From Eledone cirrhosa (lineage: Eukaryota): a stretch of 64,000 nt of DNA. Positions within the stretch are counted from its first letter, which is position 1; the number at the start of each line of letters is the position of its first letter. Of this stretch, positions 49,381 through 62,765 are shown one piece after another. The stretch covers positions 157,666,001-157,730,000 of the forward strand of contig OZ024741.1 of the NCBI GenBank assembly GCA_964016885.1, given 5' to 3'. The notes under the pieces are model-generated. The model saw nothing but the letters and a program-made list of their open reading frames with translations. It did no database searches and had not been told where the DNA came from. Both the position numbers and the translations under genes were made by a program.

Positions 49381-50412
49381 ATGTAAATGTGATGAAAAAT
49401 TAGACTGCATGATGTGGAGATATCTGATAGCCTAGAGTAGATGGGTAACCTCATTAGTGTAAGTGGCATTATGGACTACACTCAGTAGCACTTCTAATGG
49501 TTGACAAACAATCAAACCCAGACAACATAGAATAGAGAAGACTCTTTTGTTTTGTCAAGGAGCTGACAACTTATCTAGTGCTTTTGCCATGATAACATAT
49601 ATTTAATACCCCTGTAAAATGATTGAAGACCAAACTAAGACAACATAGGGTGGAGAGGACCCTTTGGTCTTGTCAAGGGCCCAACAACCTCTAGTGTTAT
49701 TGTCATGGTAAAATACACCTTGTACACTCGGTGATTGATGTTAGAAAGGTCATCAGCCATAGAAATCATGCTAAAATATGGAATGTATGAGCTATATACC
49801 AGTGAATACCTACCCCATAACTATTGACCGCACCATCCATGCCTCCCCCATTATCAACTCTTAGGTATTCTCATCATCGCTACATCTCCCTCCTACTCAT
49901 CACCAAGTCAAATTACATCACACTTGCTATACATTCATAACTTTATACTTATCTTCCTTCTCCTAGCCCCACCTCTAGTGTAAGTGATTTACATAAATAC
50001 ACCCACCACACACTGGAAAGAAGTTGGTGATAGGAAGGGCATCCAGCCATAGAAAGCTTGCCAAATAAAGGGTTGGGAGGACCCTTTAATTATGTTAAGG
50101 ACATGATAATCTCCCTAGCATTGGTGATCTACATGATAAATGCACCCAGTACATGCTGTAAAGGGGTTGGTGATAGGAGGGGCATCCAGCCATAAAAATC
50201 TTGCCAAATAAATTGTCATGATAAAATGTACTGGGTGGAACATGCGCCATATGTAAGCAAAATGCTGACCCTGGGCCTGTTTAGTAGACCTGCTTCAGTA
50301 ATCACTCTGTGAAGACTGGTCCAACTGTTGCTAGCAGGGAAAGCAGATGTTAAATGATATATGTATATATATATATATATGTATTTTGATGCTTATAATA
50401 ATAGTATTAGAT

Positions 50413-50656
50413 GCTTTCACTGTATTTTAGCTACAGAAAATAGTCTAATAACATCATATATAATCAGTTTAACACTCTTATCTGGACAATAAGATGTGTA
50501 GGTTTGATTTCCATGTATGCTGATGCCCATTCTTTTCCATTATGGGGATTCATATGTCCTGTTATGAGACTATTCTCTGTTGTGAAAATATGGTGAAAGC
50601 TTTTAATTATATTTTCAAAATTTTCCATCACTGCTGTATTCTGAATCACATGTGCT
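50413..50656. repeat. Diverged fold-back palindrome (arms about 50413-50453 / 50560-50600) between TA tracts
   Basis: gctttcactgtattttagctacagaaaatagtctaataaca versus the reverse complement of the right arm, gctttcaccatattttcacaacagagaatagtctcataaca. Confidence 0.6.
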
Positions 50657-50936
50657 TATATATATATATGGATTCCTAGTGGGTATTGGGAGATGATTAC
50701 AGTTAAGAGGTACTCAATACTTTGGTAGAGTATAGGAATTTCTATATTATATAGAAATGACTTACTTCTACATGACTAGTACTGTCTCATTCATATGAAA
50801 TAAAGAAAGTCCATTTTGCTTTTCCTTATGCATACAGTTTGAGTTTTCAGAGATCAAGTGAAGTGGTATTTTTCTTCAGCAGCAGTTATACACACTCGTA
50901 TACAGCCAGTCATCATTGCAGTCAACATTACCCCCC

Positions 50937-50967
<31 letters not shown>

Positions 50968-53900
50968 CACACACCCACACACCACACACACGTCAAAAGC
51001 TGATTATGTCAAGGGTGACAACCTTGCTTTTGCCAAACTTCTCAAGGGTGCAGGCTCACTGGTACATTATGTAGGAGTCAGAGAAGTGTTCAGTAGATCT
51101 TGCTCTATAAGAACTAGTGACAGTAGTAGTAGTAGTGGTGGGGGATGATGGTGGTGGTCATTGAGGAGAGCTAAAGAATATACAGATTGAAGGGAATGAA
51201 TGTTGGCTGATTGTTTACAGCTGTCTGTTTAACCTTTGTGGTTAATAAGAGTACATTTTAGCTAATGGGATGATTAATATCCCATCTCTTAGTCATGACT
51301 GACCATGGGTTTGCACCTGGAAAGTCCTTGTCAAGCTGCCAGAACCCATATACCAGTGTTGTCATAATTCATATACACCATATATGATGTTGTCCAAGGG
51401 TAAGGCAAAGGTCAACACAGCATAGCACCAGTGTTGTCACAGCACATTTTTTTCCAGCTGACTGTACTGGAACAGTGGGATATAAGGTATCTTGCTCCAT
51501 GCTAGAAGGCATTGCCCCGTCTGAGAATCAAGCTCATGTTTGGGAGCCCAGCATGCTAACCACTAAGCCATATACCTTTGCAATGACACTGATAAATATT
51601 CGTTTTATCTAAGACTTGAGTTAGAATGGCTGCCCAGCAACAGAAGCAGAATGAACAACAGAAATAAGGTCAGTAAGCCTTTACTAGATGTTGGTAGACA
51701 ACAGATATGAACTCGATGATGATGATGCGATTAAAGTGATTAAGAGGTGTCCATAGACAACAGGTATGGACTGAACAATGATAATGGTGGGATTAAAGTG
51801 ATTAGGTATGTAGCTCAAGGTGCAGAATTTTTAATGTAGGACAGACAAGATTAATCTTAACATCGTATAATGATTTAGTAGAAAATATCTAAAAGTGAGT
51901 TTCTTAATTCAAACATTTATAGTATCTTTTTGGTAGTATCATACTAAAAACTTCAATTTTCTTTAAATGTTGTATATTCAAGGTTGTCGTTAATTAGCTC
52001 TTAACATTCTGTGATGATTCAGCAGAAAATATCTGAAAATCGGTTTGATAATCCAAATGTTTATAGTATCTTTACTAGTGGATAGATCTTTGAAAATTCA
52101 TTATGAGGATAAAGACTTTAGTTTTGAATGTGATGCATTCATAGTGTTTTGTACTTTTCAAGAAAGTTTTGCTAATGTAGTTTCTTGTGGTACAGGATAT
52201 TAGGGGTTAATGGAAAAGAGACTGCAAAGTTCATCCATATACTTAATGTTTAGCATAAAAAATAACGACTTAAAATTTATTAACTTTTATGACCATATTT
52301 CAAATAATTTTGAAAACAATCAAGAATTTAGAGGGATTTAGAAATACAACAATCAGTATTAAGCTACTTGGAATATAAAGTTTCTTACATAAAATTATGA
52401 TGGGAGAATTTTAGATATACACACTTTAAAACAAACAGTTTTATATCATAGCACCAAAGCTGATTTTATGCAGTTTGGTATCAGTTTAGCATATTAGTGA
52501 GGGTATATAGCCAAGTGGTTAGAGTATTGAACTTAGTTTCATAATACTGTGTTTTATTCCTGGACCACATGCTCCTGCATTGAGCTTTTGAGCAAGATAT
52601 TTCATTTCATGCTGTTTTTCACAAAAGGACCTGGGTCCTTATCTTTAAAATACCCAAGAAACCTTGTTTAAAATGAAGCCTCATAGAAAGCCAGTTAAAC
52701 CTACATAGCTGTAACAATAACATGGTAGAACTAAAACACCTGAGAAATATTGGATGAGATACCTCATAGGTGAACTAAATCTATATAGATGTGAGTTGTA
52801 ATAACAATAAAAGACAGGCCCTTATCTTTAAAACACCCAAGAAACTTTGTGTGAGATACAGCTAAACCTACATAGATATGAGCAGTAACTTTTTGACTTT
52901 GTTTAGCATGGGAAATTAGAACTTAAAATTCGTTAATGGTGTGCTGATTTGCATAAATGTATATTCATTAGAACAGATATTTCTTATGCCTAATGAGTAG
53001 TTTGCTTTTGTAATGAGGTTTTCAAGAGGTCATTACATCTTATCAACCTAGCTTCAAAACAGAATATTTCCTTACTTTAAATTCTGGGTAATTAATATCT
53101 ATTAGATATGTTTTATTATTTACTGTTTTCAGTTATTAGACTGTGGCTATGCTGGGCACCATCTTGAAGTGATTTTAGTTGACCATATTGACCTTAGTAC
53201 TTATTTTTTCAATCATGGTTCTTATTTTATTGATCTCTTTTTGTCACATTGCTAAGTTATTGGACTGAAATACACAAACAAGCCTAGAACAAAAGAAGGC
53301 AGTAGTAGTAGTAGTTGTAGTAGGAGTAATTACTTGTGGTGGTAGTAGTAGTGGCAGTTGTGGTGGTGGTTGTAGTAGTAATACTGGTGGTAGTTAGCTT
53401 GTATATAGACAAGAAAACTGTTGTGAGAAAGAAAATTGTGGAACTGTTTTATTTAAACTGACTTAATAGTATTGAATGAGAGAGGAAATATATATAAGAT
53501 GATAGTTATAGAAACACTTTAACCCTTTCATTTCCATATGAAAAATACAATCCCTTATGATTTTCAAATTATCTTCAAATGCTGTTTGCTTTTTTAAATT
53601 TAATTTTTAATTAAAATGAAATTTACAGTTCACATATATGCATGTTTAGCTGGCTTCACATGAGGTTAGATTTCACAAGGAGTTTCTAAGATGTTTTAAT
53701 GATAAGGGCACCAGTTTTATCATGTTTAGCTGGCCTTCTATGAGGTCATGAGTTTAACACCCTTACTGCTTGGCCGCACAATCATTTTATCAAAACATCC
53801 TGTACACTGATTTTACTTTCACTTCAATGTAGAAAGCTTATAAGATTTTGCCCTATATTGTACATTGTAATATAGCGGTGGGACTTATACGCAAGTATAT

Positions 53901-54049
53901 ATGATGCCCCATTCCTGGTTAGTTGTGTGGGGTATTTTGATGAACTTTTTATTATCTACCAAACTTGATTTTGAATTTCTCGCCATACATCAAAGGGTAT
54001 TGTTTTTCTGTTTTTCTTCTTTCAATTTTCTTGGTATTATTTAACAAGG

Positions 54050-54365
54050 TGCAGGTTTGAATGGGTGGTTAAGTAGTTTGGTTTACAACCATGTGGTTTT
54101 GGGTTCAATCCCACTGCACGGTACCTTGGGTAAGTGTCTTCTGCAGCCTTGGGTTGATCAATGCATTGTGAGTGGAATGTGTTAGACAGACAGAAGCTCA
54201 TCATGTGTGTGTGCCATAACTTAGTGGTTCAACTAAAAAGAGATTGTTAAAATAAGTATCAGGCTTGAAGAATATGAATAGGTGTTAACACAATTGATTT
54301 AAATCCTTCTGAGGCAGTGCTCCAGCATAGCCACTATTTAATAACTTGAACCAGTAAAATAATAA
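54050..54365 (+). mobile_element. CORE-type SINE
   Basis: tgggtggttaag...gggttcaatccc...ccttgggtaagtgtcttct. Confidence 0.6.
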
Positions 54366-54747
54366 GAGAATCAATAGTTCATACATTAACTACTGCAGTG
54401 TTGTATGTAGTTCCATGGCATGTAATCATGTGTGTAGCTAGCTTGCATTTAGATAGGTAGGTAGCTAGCTGGCTAGCTAGTGCTACTGCTACACTGCAGT
54501 GATATGTTGCATCTTATCTGTTGCTCTAGCTGCAGCCACTATGTTCCTTGTGTTTTATAAATATAGGCTGTTGTCTGTTGCAGATGGATGCAGTCTAAAG
54601 TGAATTGGCAGTTATTACAGCATCAGATTAAATGCCTTGGTATTTGTTCCGGTAGTTCACTGTACTCTGAGTTCAAATCCTGCTAAGATCAACTTTGACT
54701 TTCACCTTCCTGGGTTGATAAAGTATCAGTCAAGTATTGCAGCTTAA

Positions 54748-54968
54748 CCCTTTAATATTTAAACTGGCCGTATCCGGCCAGAATTCTCTCACCTCTTTCT
54801 GTTCAAACCAGCTGTAACTGGCTGCTCATACTGATGTTAAAGTATTGTTCTCAAAATATATAATATCAAAATCTCATAGATTCGATATTATGTGAAATAA
54901 TTGTGTGGGGTAAAGCCTTTACCGTGAAAATATAATAGTAAATATAGAGTAATGTAAATGCTAAAGGG
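54748..54968. mobile_element. piggyBac-type MITE nested in a SINE family A copy (54600-55025)
   Basis: TTAA TSD at 54744-54747 and 54969-54972. TIRs ccctttaatattta / taaatgctaaaggg. Confidence 0.8.
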
Positions 54969-55488
54969 TTAATCAACTTTGCCCATACCCAAATTTGCTG
55001 TCCTTGTGCCTAAATTAGAAATCATCATTATAATTATTATATATTTTTTCACTTTTCATTTCATTGTTCTGCAAGTATTGGATTGCTAGCTACCCAGATG
55101 TATCCTGCTGCTTTAGCTAGTTATAAAAATATTGTATCAGTCCAGTGACAGTTGATTGGTTGTATTGTTAATGTGTCGGATGAGATACTTTGCCGTATTT
55201 GATCTATCTGTACATTCTCAGTTCAAATCCCACTGAGGGCAACATTGCATTTCATCCTTTCAAGATCTATAAATGAATTACTAATCCAGCAGAAGTGGTG
55301 CATTGGCAGAATTGTTAGTCAGATGGGATGCTTTGTAGTATCTGATCTGACTCTGAGCTCTAAATACAAATCTCACCTCCTTCTGCCAGGAGTTGGAACC
55401 AGCAGATAACAGTAATGGAAATATACTTTCTTTGGTTTGATCTGATAATAGGCTCCTTTATTCTGCCAAGAATTGTGACCAACAGATA

Positions 55489-57312
55489 GTGTGTTTCCCC
55501 GATTATAAGCCATGGCTTATATTAATTTTTACTCCGAAATGTACCACTACGGCTTATTTTCAGGAGACGGAGTTCATATACCGAAAAAAACGACACTACG
55601 AAACTGAAAATAACAAATTCGCTAAATGATTGGAAATTACGAAAAAACAATCGGCATTTACGCGTAACGTTTACTTGAAAGGCCAAATTTATTAAAAATT
55701 AACACACCCTTTAATTCAAAAACTCATGAGCGAAATAATCCACTAATTTATTCAAAAATAATCATGTCATCCTGCTCTGGAATGTCATTTTTTCCAAATC
55801 AGTGGATTCAATGATTCCTGTCTTTCATGTTGAGCGATAGAGGTTGAATTGAATAGAGAGTTCTTATCCAGATAACCCTGCTTGTAGTGCATTCATGACA
55901 CAGCTATCTGTGATTTTGTTCCATCAATTTCCCACCCAAGTCACGATCTCTTGAAGGATGGGCTTCACGAAAGTTCCCAGCTCATTTCTCGCCATTCTGT
56001 TTTCGATGTAGTCATTTATTTCCATGCGCAGATGGTCCTTGAATGGTTTATTCAGTGCGATGTCAAGAGTCTGGAGATAGGCGGTCATTCCTGCGAGAAT
56101 CATGATTTGATCGATTCTTCTTTTTGCAAGAAAATTCTTCATATCTTTGGCGCGGTGCGTGCTGGTTGAATCCCAGACTATGAGACCTCTTTGGGTTCCA
56201 TGCAAAATCAATGGCAGCATGAAATCGACACACTTCCTTAAAACTGCCTGTGTGCACCGCGCCTTTTCAGTTTCCAGAACACAGATACCTGAAACGTGTT
56301 CAATTTTATCTTTCTTGCCTTTAGTGATGATAAGAGGTGGGACTTTGCTTCCTTTGAGACAAATTGCCAAGATACACGTAACTCGTAAATTGACGACGCA
56401 CCTCTTTGGTCAATTGTAAATTGAGAGCTTTGACCCATGAATACTGCTGTTTCATCCATAGAAATCATGTTGGAGAGACGGTAGTTAGAAAAGTCTATTC
56501 CATCAACAAAAGACTTAAATGCGAGTGCACGTTTAATAATCTGTGTTGTCGATCTTCTCAGAGAAAATTTGTGTCACTGAAGGAAATTATCCAGCCAGTG
56601 TTTGGATGCTTTGAATTCTTCTGGAACTATACCAAACTCTAGTGCATTTGTAAGGGCAAATGTTTGAATATCAGCCCTGTGAACAACCAAAGCTCTGGCT
56701 CTTCTTTCAGCAATCCATTCACAGATGGTGTCTTCCAGCTCAAGAAATATCGGTTGTCGACCAGATCCACGCTTACGTTTCTTTGCATTTCCCTCGTCCA
56801 TGTCCTGACTGAGTTTATCGTAGACCATTCGGAGATCCAGATTCTTTTCTTTGCAGAAAATAGTAAGATTCTTGCCCAGTGATTCCTCCACAATTCCTTT
56901 CTTGTACTCGATTGTATAACTCTTCCTTCCTTTCATCTTGTCTAGGGCTGAAAATGATCTTCTCCCGGGAAAGTTACTGATAAGCCATTACTTCCCGTTT
57001 GTACCCGCATTTGCATAAGCAAAATTGATTGCATGCACTTCCCCCTTTCCTTTCGTTGATTTCATTATCAATTTTTTCACTTCCGTGCATTCCACAAACT
57101 TCTTATACACCTGCTTATCAGTTAGTTTTGCATTAAGATACAATCCTGTTCTATAATGGCTGATTGCACCAATTTTCATAGCTGGCCATTTCTTTCTTTT
57201 GGCGTTCATTTTTGCTACGGCTTATTTTCGAGGCATGGCTTATATTAAATCCATCCTGAAATATAGTGCTACGGGTTATTTTCGGGGGTGGCTTATAATG
57301 GGGGAAACACGG
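55489..57312 (-). mobile_element. pogo-superfamily DNA transposon (DD35D, Passer/POGK-like), degenerate transposase at about 56936-55750
   Basis: TIRs gtgtttccccgattataagcca / tggcttataatggggaaacacgg with TA flanks. RKSYTIEYK N-terminal DNA-binding domain, CENP-B-type HTH (FKASKHWLDNF), MDET and WDSTSTH...LQTLD with 35 aa spacing. Frameshifted. Confidence 0.9.
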
Positions 57313-58199
57313 TAGTATCATCAGTGGAAAGAGCAATGAAAACATTTTTCTTGGTCTTATCTGATGATCAACTCCTTTCTTTTCTTTCCCTTCCTTGTTG
57401 AAGAGAAAATCACTACACCTAGATAGTGGTCAGCAGAGTGGAGTATGACCTGTTTGTAGGAGAAAAAAAAAAAGGTATCTGTAATTCTCATGGGATTTAT
57501 GTATTTTCTTTACATATAAATACAATTTGAATATATACAAAAGAAATTAATAATAAAGAAAAAGAAACATGTGCACACACAATTATATACAACAGGAAAG
57601 CTTGTGTTGTCTTAAAAAAAATCTTTGAGGCAACTCAAGACATCTCAACATTGCTGTGGATGGTAGCGAGGCTATGACACAGGAATAGCCAAACACTATC
57701 ATGACTATCACCTGATATTTCAGTAAGACAATGGCAAATACCATATTGTCAACTTTCCAGCTCCCCTGAACACCACAACTTAAACATGTAGCTTACCGAT
57801 AAATTATTTCAGTAGTTTACTCCATTTGGCTATGGATGCAATGACCCCTGTCTTCGCTGCAGCTTCGGAGATGTCAGAAAGAGCAAAAGAGTCACTAAGT
57901 GTGACATCTTATATACCTCTAACCAGAGGGCAAAGGGTAACCATTTAGCTTTTTCTCATTGAATCTCGACAATCCAGCTAGTTCCAAAATTGAGGGGATA
58001 TAGACTTTCACTGTTTTTATGGCAAATTTCTGCAGTTAGATGCCCTTATTGCTAACTCATACTTTTCAAATTCACTTAATGTTTTTGATGTGTAAATGTG
58101 TACACAAACACACATACATATAAACAATGGGTTTCCACAGTTTCTGTCTGAAATTTACTCACAAGATATTGAGTAGGTCATGATCAATCAATATTTTCA

Positions 58200-59290
58200 A
58201 GCTGATTTCCATTTCAAACTAATTTCCTTCTCAGCACAGCATCTCTCCACTCACCGCGTTTCTTTGTCATCTCCTCTGTGAGTTTCAGCGATTTGAAGTC
58301 AGCTCTCACCACCTCTGCCCAGGTCTTTGTTAGTCTACCTCTACTGCAGCTTCCTGCTACTGGCATTTCCTAGCATTCTTCACCCATCGACCATCATCCA
58401 TGCACATAACATGTCCATACCAACACAGTCGTCCCTCCTGCACACCACCTCGAATTCCTCTTAAACTCAGTTTCCCTCTCAATTCTTTCAAATTCTGCCT
58501 TTCTCTCATATTTACATTGCTTATCCAACAGAGCATGGTTGCTTAATTTCTCTCCAGTCTATGCATGTCCTATGCTGTCACTGTCCATGTTTGACTATAA
58601 TGCAGCATTACACTTTGTCCACAGGCATCGTACAGTTGTCCTTTTGTATGTAGAGAGAAACATTTTGTTGTCAACAGTGGGAGCAGCTCTCTAAACTTCT
58701 TTTATCCTATCCTTATTCTAGCTATTATGTTCTCAGAGCAACCATTTCTACTGCTAATTAAGTCACTTAGATAGTAGAAACTATCAACCATTTCTATGGA
58801 CACTTTCTGTAACTTAGAGGTTTATGTCACTGACACTCTTTCTTTCGATTACTCCCATGCATCTTCTACAAAGTCTTCCTTTCCTGTTAGTCTATCCGTT
58901 ATCTCACTAAATCTCTTGTATCCCTAAGATTTACTGTGTATACACCTTAGGGAGTTTATTCCCACTCCTTTTCTACATATTGAGCAGGGCCACTTCCCTG
59001 AAGGGATCAGGGTCCTATCTTCTTTCCTACTCACTAGCACTTTAGTTTTGGCTAATTTACTCTGACATCTTTGATTCCAAATTCCCTTTCTATTGTCATA
59101 ACTTATTTTCTAGTTCTTCTATGGATTCAGCTATAAGGACCAAATAATCTGCATAGAGAAGTTCCCAAGAGCAGTTGGTTTTAAACTCTTCTGAGAGAAC
59201 TATGATGAACAGCAGCAAGCTAAAAAAATGAACCTTGTTAAACTCCTACCTGTACCTTGAATTCCTCTCTAAACTCACTTTCACTTTACT
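58200..59290 (-). mobile_element. Old RTE LINE family 1 relative (RT to C-terminus)
   Basis: CSWELLYADYL, VKLAKTKV, GKWPCSICRKGVGINSL, VDSFYYLSD, LCWYGHVM, GRLTKTW. Confidence 0.8.
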
Positions 59291-60129
59291 GACAGGTTGT
59301 ATTTTATTGTGACACCACCTCTACCTCCTAACATAATGGACTGGATGCTTTTATTGTGGTACCAGCACTACCACTAAGTGGTTGCATCAGCAGTAACATT
59401 TTAAAGATTAGTGTACTCACTGTGTTTTCAGCTAGGCTTGGGGAGCAGTGATATAGGTTTGGCAAGAGCATGGGGGTGGTGGTACATATTACTTGCTGAG
59501 GGAAGGGGTGAAGGGTAAAGAGGGCTTTAAGAAAAACATTTGGCAGTACATTATTGTGTGCATACATCTTCCCATGCTGGCATGGTTGAATCATGGATCA
59601 GGGAGGATGGAAATACTTTGACTTAGATGGTGGAGGTGGAGCTCAAGTGTGTGCATTGGTGGGTTGGAGGAGACGGGGAGTTTAGGTAATGACATAAGCA
59701 GGGTTGAGGGACATATTGGTAGAGGGAGCTGTACCTATATACTGCTGAATGAGAGAGTACACAGATAATATCTGGCAGTAACTGTCTAGTGAGAGAGTTC
59801 ACCTATCTATAGTGGCATGGGTTGGATAGGAAAGGAGGACTAAGGTGTTTGAGGGGAAGGAGTATGATTATATGTGTAAGGGTATGGCTAGGTTGGAGAA
59901 AGTTAGATAATGTGGTAGGGAGATGCGAGGAGACATATTTGGCGGGGTAAAGGGGATCTTAATATTGTTACACCTCTCTGCTTTTACCACCGTCTTCTCT
60001 GTGCTCATTTCATCCTGCTCAAATGGGAAGGAGAGTCTTCTGCAGTACTGCATATTTCCATTTGACTCTATCCTGTGTTATCTCCTTTGTAAGGTCAGCC
60101 TTTACTCCTTCATCTTAGGTTTTTCTTAG

Positions 60130-60505
60130 TCTCTCTCTTCCACAATTTCTACTAACTTTGAGTTTTTATACAACTGTCATCCTTCATATGCATCACATGT
60201 CCAAACCAGTGTAATTCCACTTGCGTTTAAATTTTCTCTTGGTTTGTTAACGCTCCATCAAAGCATGCTCACCTCATTTCTCTTCAGTGATGTGCAGATT
60301 CTCTGCTGTCAAGATCCATGTCTCATTTCTATGCAGCATCGCAGTTCACACACAGGCATCATACAATCTGCCTTTTCATTCTAAGGGAGAACCTTTTATA
60401 ACCAGTAGAGGTAGTAATTCCATGAACTTTTTCTACCCAGTTTTTACTCTAGTCACTCTATTTTCAGAACATCAACCCCCACACTGCTAATTAAGTCTCC
60501 TGGGT
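60130..60505 (-). mobile_element. Old RTE LINE fragment
   Basis: RLYDACV.TAMLH.NETW...LHWFGHVMHM. Confidence 0.7.
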
Positions 60506-60636
60506 ACATAGTTTCTGGAGTCACTGCAACCACGAGGTGCATTGGACAAATGTCTCCTACTGTAGTTTCAAGTTGTTCAGTGTCTTGTGAATGAAATATG
60601 GTTGATGGAACTTGCTGAAACTCATCATCTGTCCAC

Positions 60637-60669
<33 letters not shown>

Positions 60670-61703
60670 TAACCTAGTAGTTCACCAGTTAAAAAAAAAA
60701 AAAATAAATAAATAAATAAATAAATAAAATTAGTACCAGACTTGAAAAAAATGATTGAAACCAATACAAGAATCACCATCATTTAACATCCGTCTTCCAT
60801 GCTAGTATGGGTTAGATGAGTTTGTCCCATTTGAGGCAAGTCATTGACTCAGCCATAATAAAACTATTAATCTTTACTGTGGCATCAAGTATTCATTCTC
60901 AGAACCATTAAAACTAAACAGGTATTCTTAATAAATTTGGGTATTTTCCTTATTTTTATTGTGGTTTATAGAATATGCAATAGGAATTAGACTTCTTGTA
61001 TTCTTTGTCTTTAGTCGTTTAGCTCTTTTTTCTTTAATAACTTAGTATTTTATCAATCTTAAGTATATTTTGTATTGAGTATGTGTATTATGTTTATTTG
61101 AAACCTGGGCTTCCCGGTGTGTGACATCACATCATCTTGGGAGAATTGCTTGAAGGTTTAAGGTCAAAAGTATACAAATGAGGGTGGAGCAAGGCATATT
61201 ATGTAATGGGGTTGTTGTCGCTATACGTAATAATGGATATTTAATGTCAATTCTTAGACAGAAACTGTATAATCTGATGGCTGCAGCTTGAAACAGTCTG
61301 TCACCCCCATACTCATTTTAGGGGTTGGGATATATGGATGATGCCCGAGGCAAGGATTTTGGGGTATGTCTTATCTCGAATATAGACAGTTCATGGTTGG
61401 CTCAGTTTTTATGAGTTTGGAATCAGATGGTCTAGTTCACTAGATGCTTTGTTTATTGTTGGGTTTATTTTCTAAGTGCATTCTTTACATATAGGGCATA
61501 TGTAATGTGAGTGTATGTATATTTACATTTAGGGTAGTTATCGAAGGTGACTAGACTGGTTGGAACAATAGGTCTCTCTCTATCTCTGTGTGCGGTGTGG
61601 TGTGTGTGTGTGCATGATGTGTATGAACATAAATAAATGTTATATTTCTGCTCTCTTTCTGATTGAACACTGTTTTCCTTTTCACATTTATGGATTTTGT
61701 TAC

Positions 61704-62765
61704 ATTCCTGGAAGTATGGCCTAGAATCAAAAGCCCTTAAAGTTAACTTGCCTAAGACTAAAGTGCTAGTATGTAGAATGGTGCTCTCTGGGAAATGGCC
61801 TTGCTCAGTATATAGGAAAGGAGTAGGTAGAAATTCCATACTATGTCCCAAATGCAAATTATAAAAGATGTAGTGGGATCACAGGCAAGATATCAAAGAA
61901 TGCAGGTTTTATATGTGGCCGATGCTCAGATGCAGTAAGCAGCAAGTGCCCATTGGATACTAGCTCCTTCAACTACCCAGATGGTTCTATAGAAATAGTA
62001 AACACTTTCCGTTACCTAGGTGACAAAATCAGCAGTGGGGGGGGGGGGGGGTGTTCTGAAAGTACAACAGCCTGAGTAAGAACAGGATGGAAAAGGTTCA
62101 GAGAGCTAATACTGCTGTTGGCCACAAAAGGTTTCTCTCTAAAAATGTAAGGCAGATTGTATGATGCTTATATACGAACATCAATGTTACATGGTAGTGA
62201 GACCTGGGCATTGTGTGCAGAGGATCTGCACAGATTGGAAAGAAACGAAGCATGCATACTCTGATGGATGTGTAATAGTAGTATAAACAAACAGCAAAAC
62301 ATAAATGAACTGAGAAATTGGGCATAAGAGGGATCAGATGCAGTTTTCTAGAGAGGAGATTGCGTTGGTCTGGTCATGTGATGTGTATGAAGGATGACAG
62401 TGGTATAAAAAAGTGTAGGGCGATCAAAATTGGTGGAAGCTACAGAGTAGGTAGTCCCAGAAAGACCTGAGATGAGGTGATAAAAGCTGACCTTGCACAC
62501 TTGAATGTCTTTAAGACAATAACACAGGATTGAGATGTTTGGTGCTATGCAGTAATAAAGAAGCCCCACCTTGTAGGCACCTCTTGATCCAATATAAACT
62601 CCACACCCCACACCACCCTTACTCTCTAAAGTGGTCGTACAGGTGTCACAACAAAAAGCACCCAGTCCACACTGTAAAGTAATCGTGTAGGAGACACGGC
62701 AAAAAGCACCGAGCACACACTGTAAATGTGGTTGGTGCTAGGAACGGCATCCAGCCAGAAACCTG
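61704..62765 (+). mobile_element. RTE LINE family 1 (RT end, PHD remnant, C-terminus, 3' UTR)
   Basis: LKVNLPKTKV...GKWPCSVYRKGVGRNSILCPKCK...ICGRCS...FRYLGD...MLHGSETW. Confidence 0.85.

Noticed and set aside
61270-61305. Hammerhead-like ctgatgg...gaaac
   Set aside because: The core deviates (CUGAUGG), and there are no adequate stems or inverted partner.
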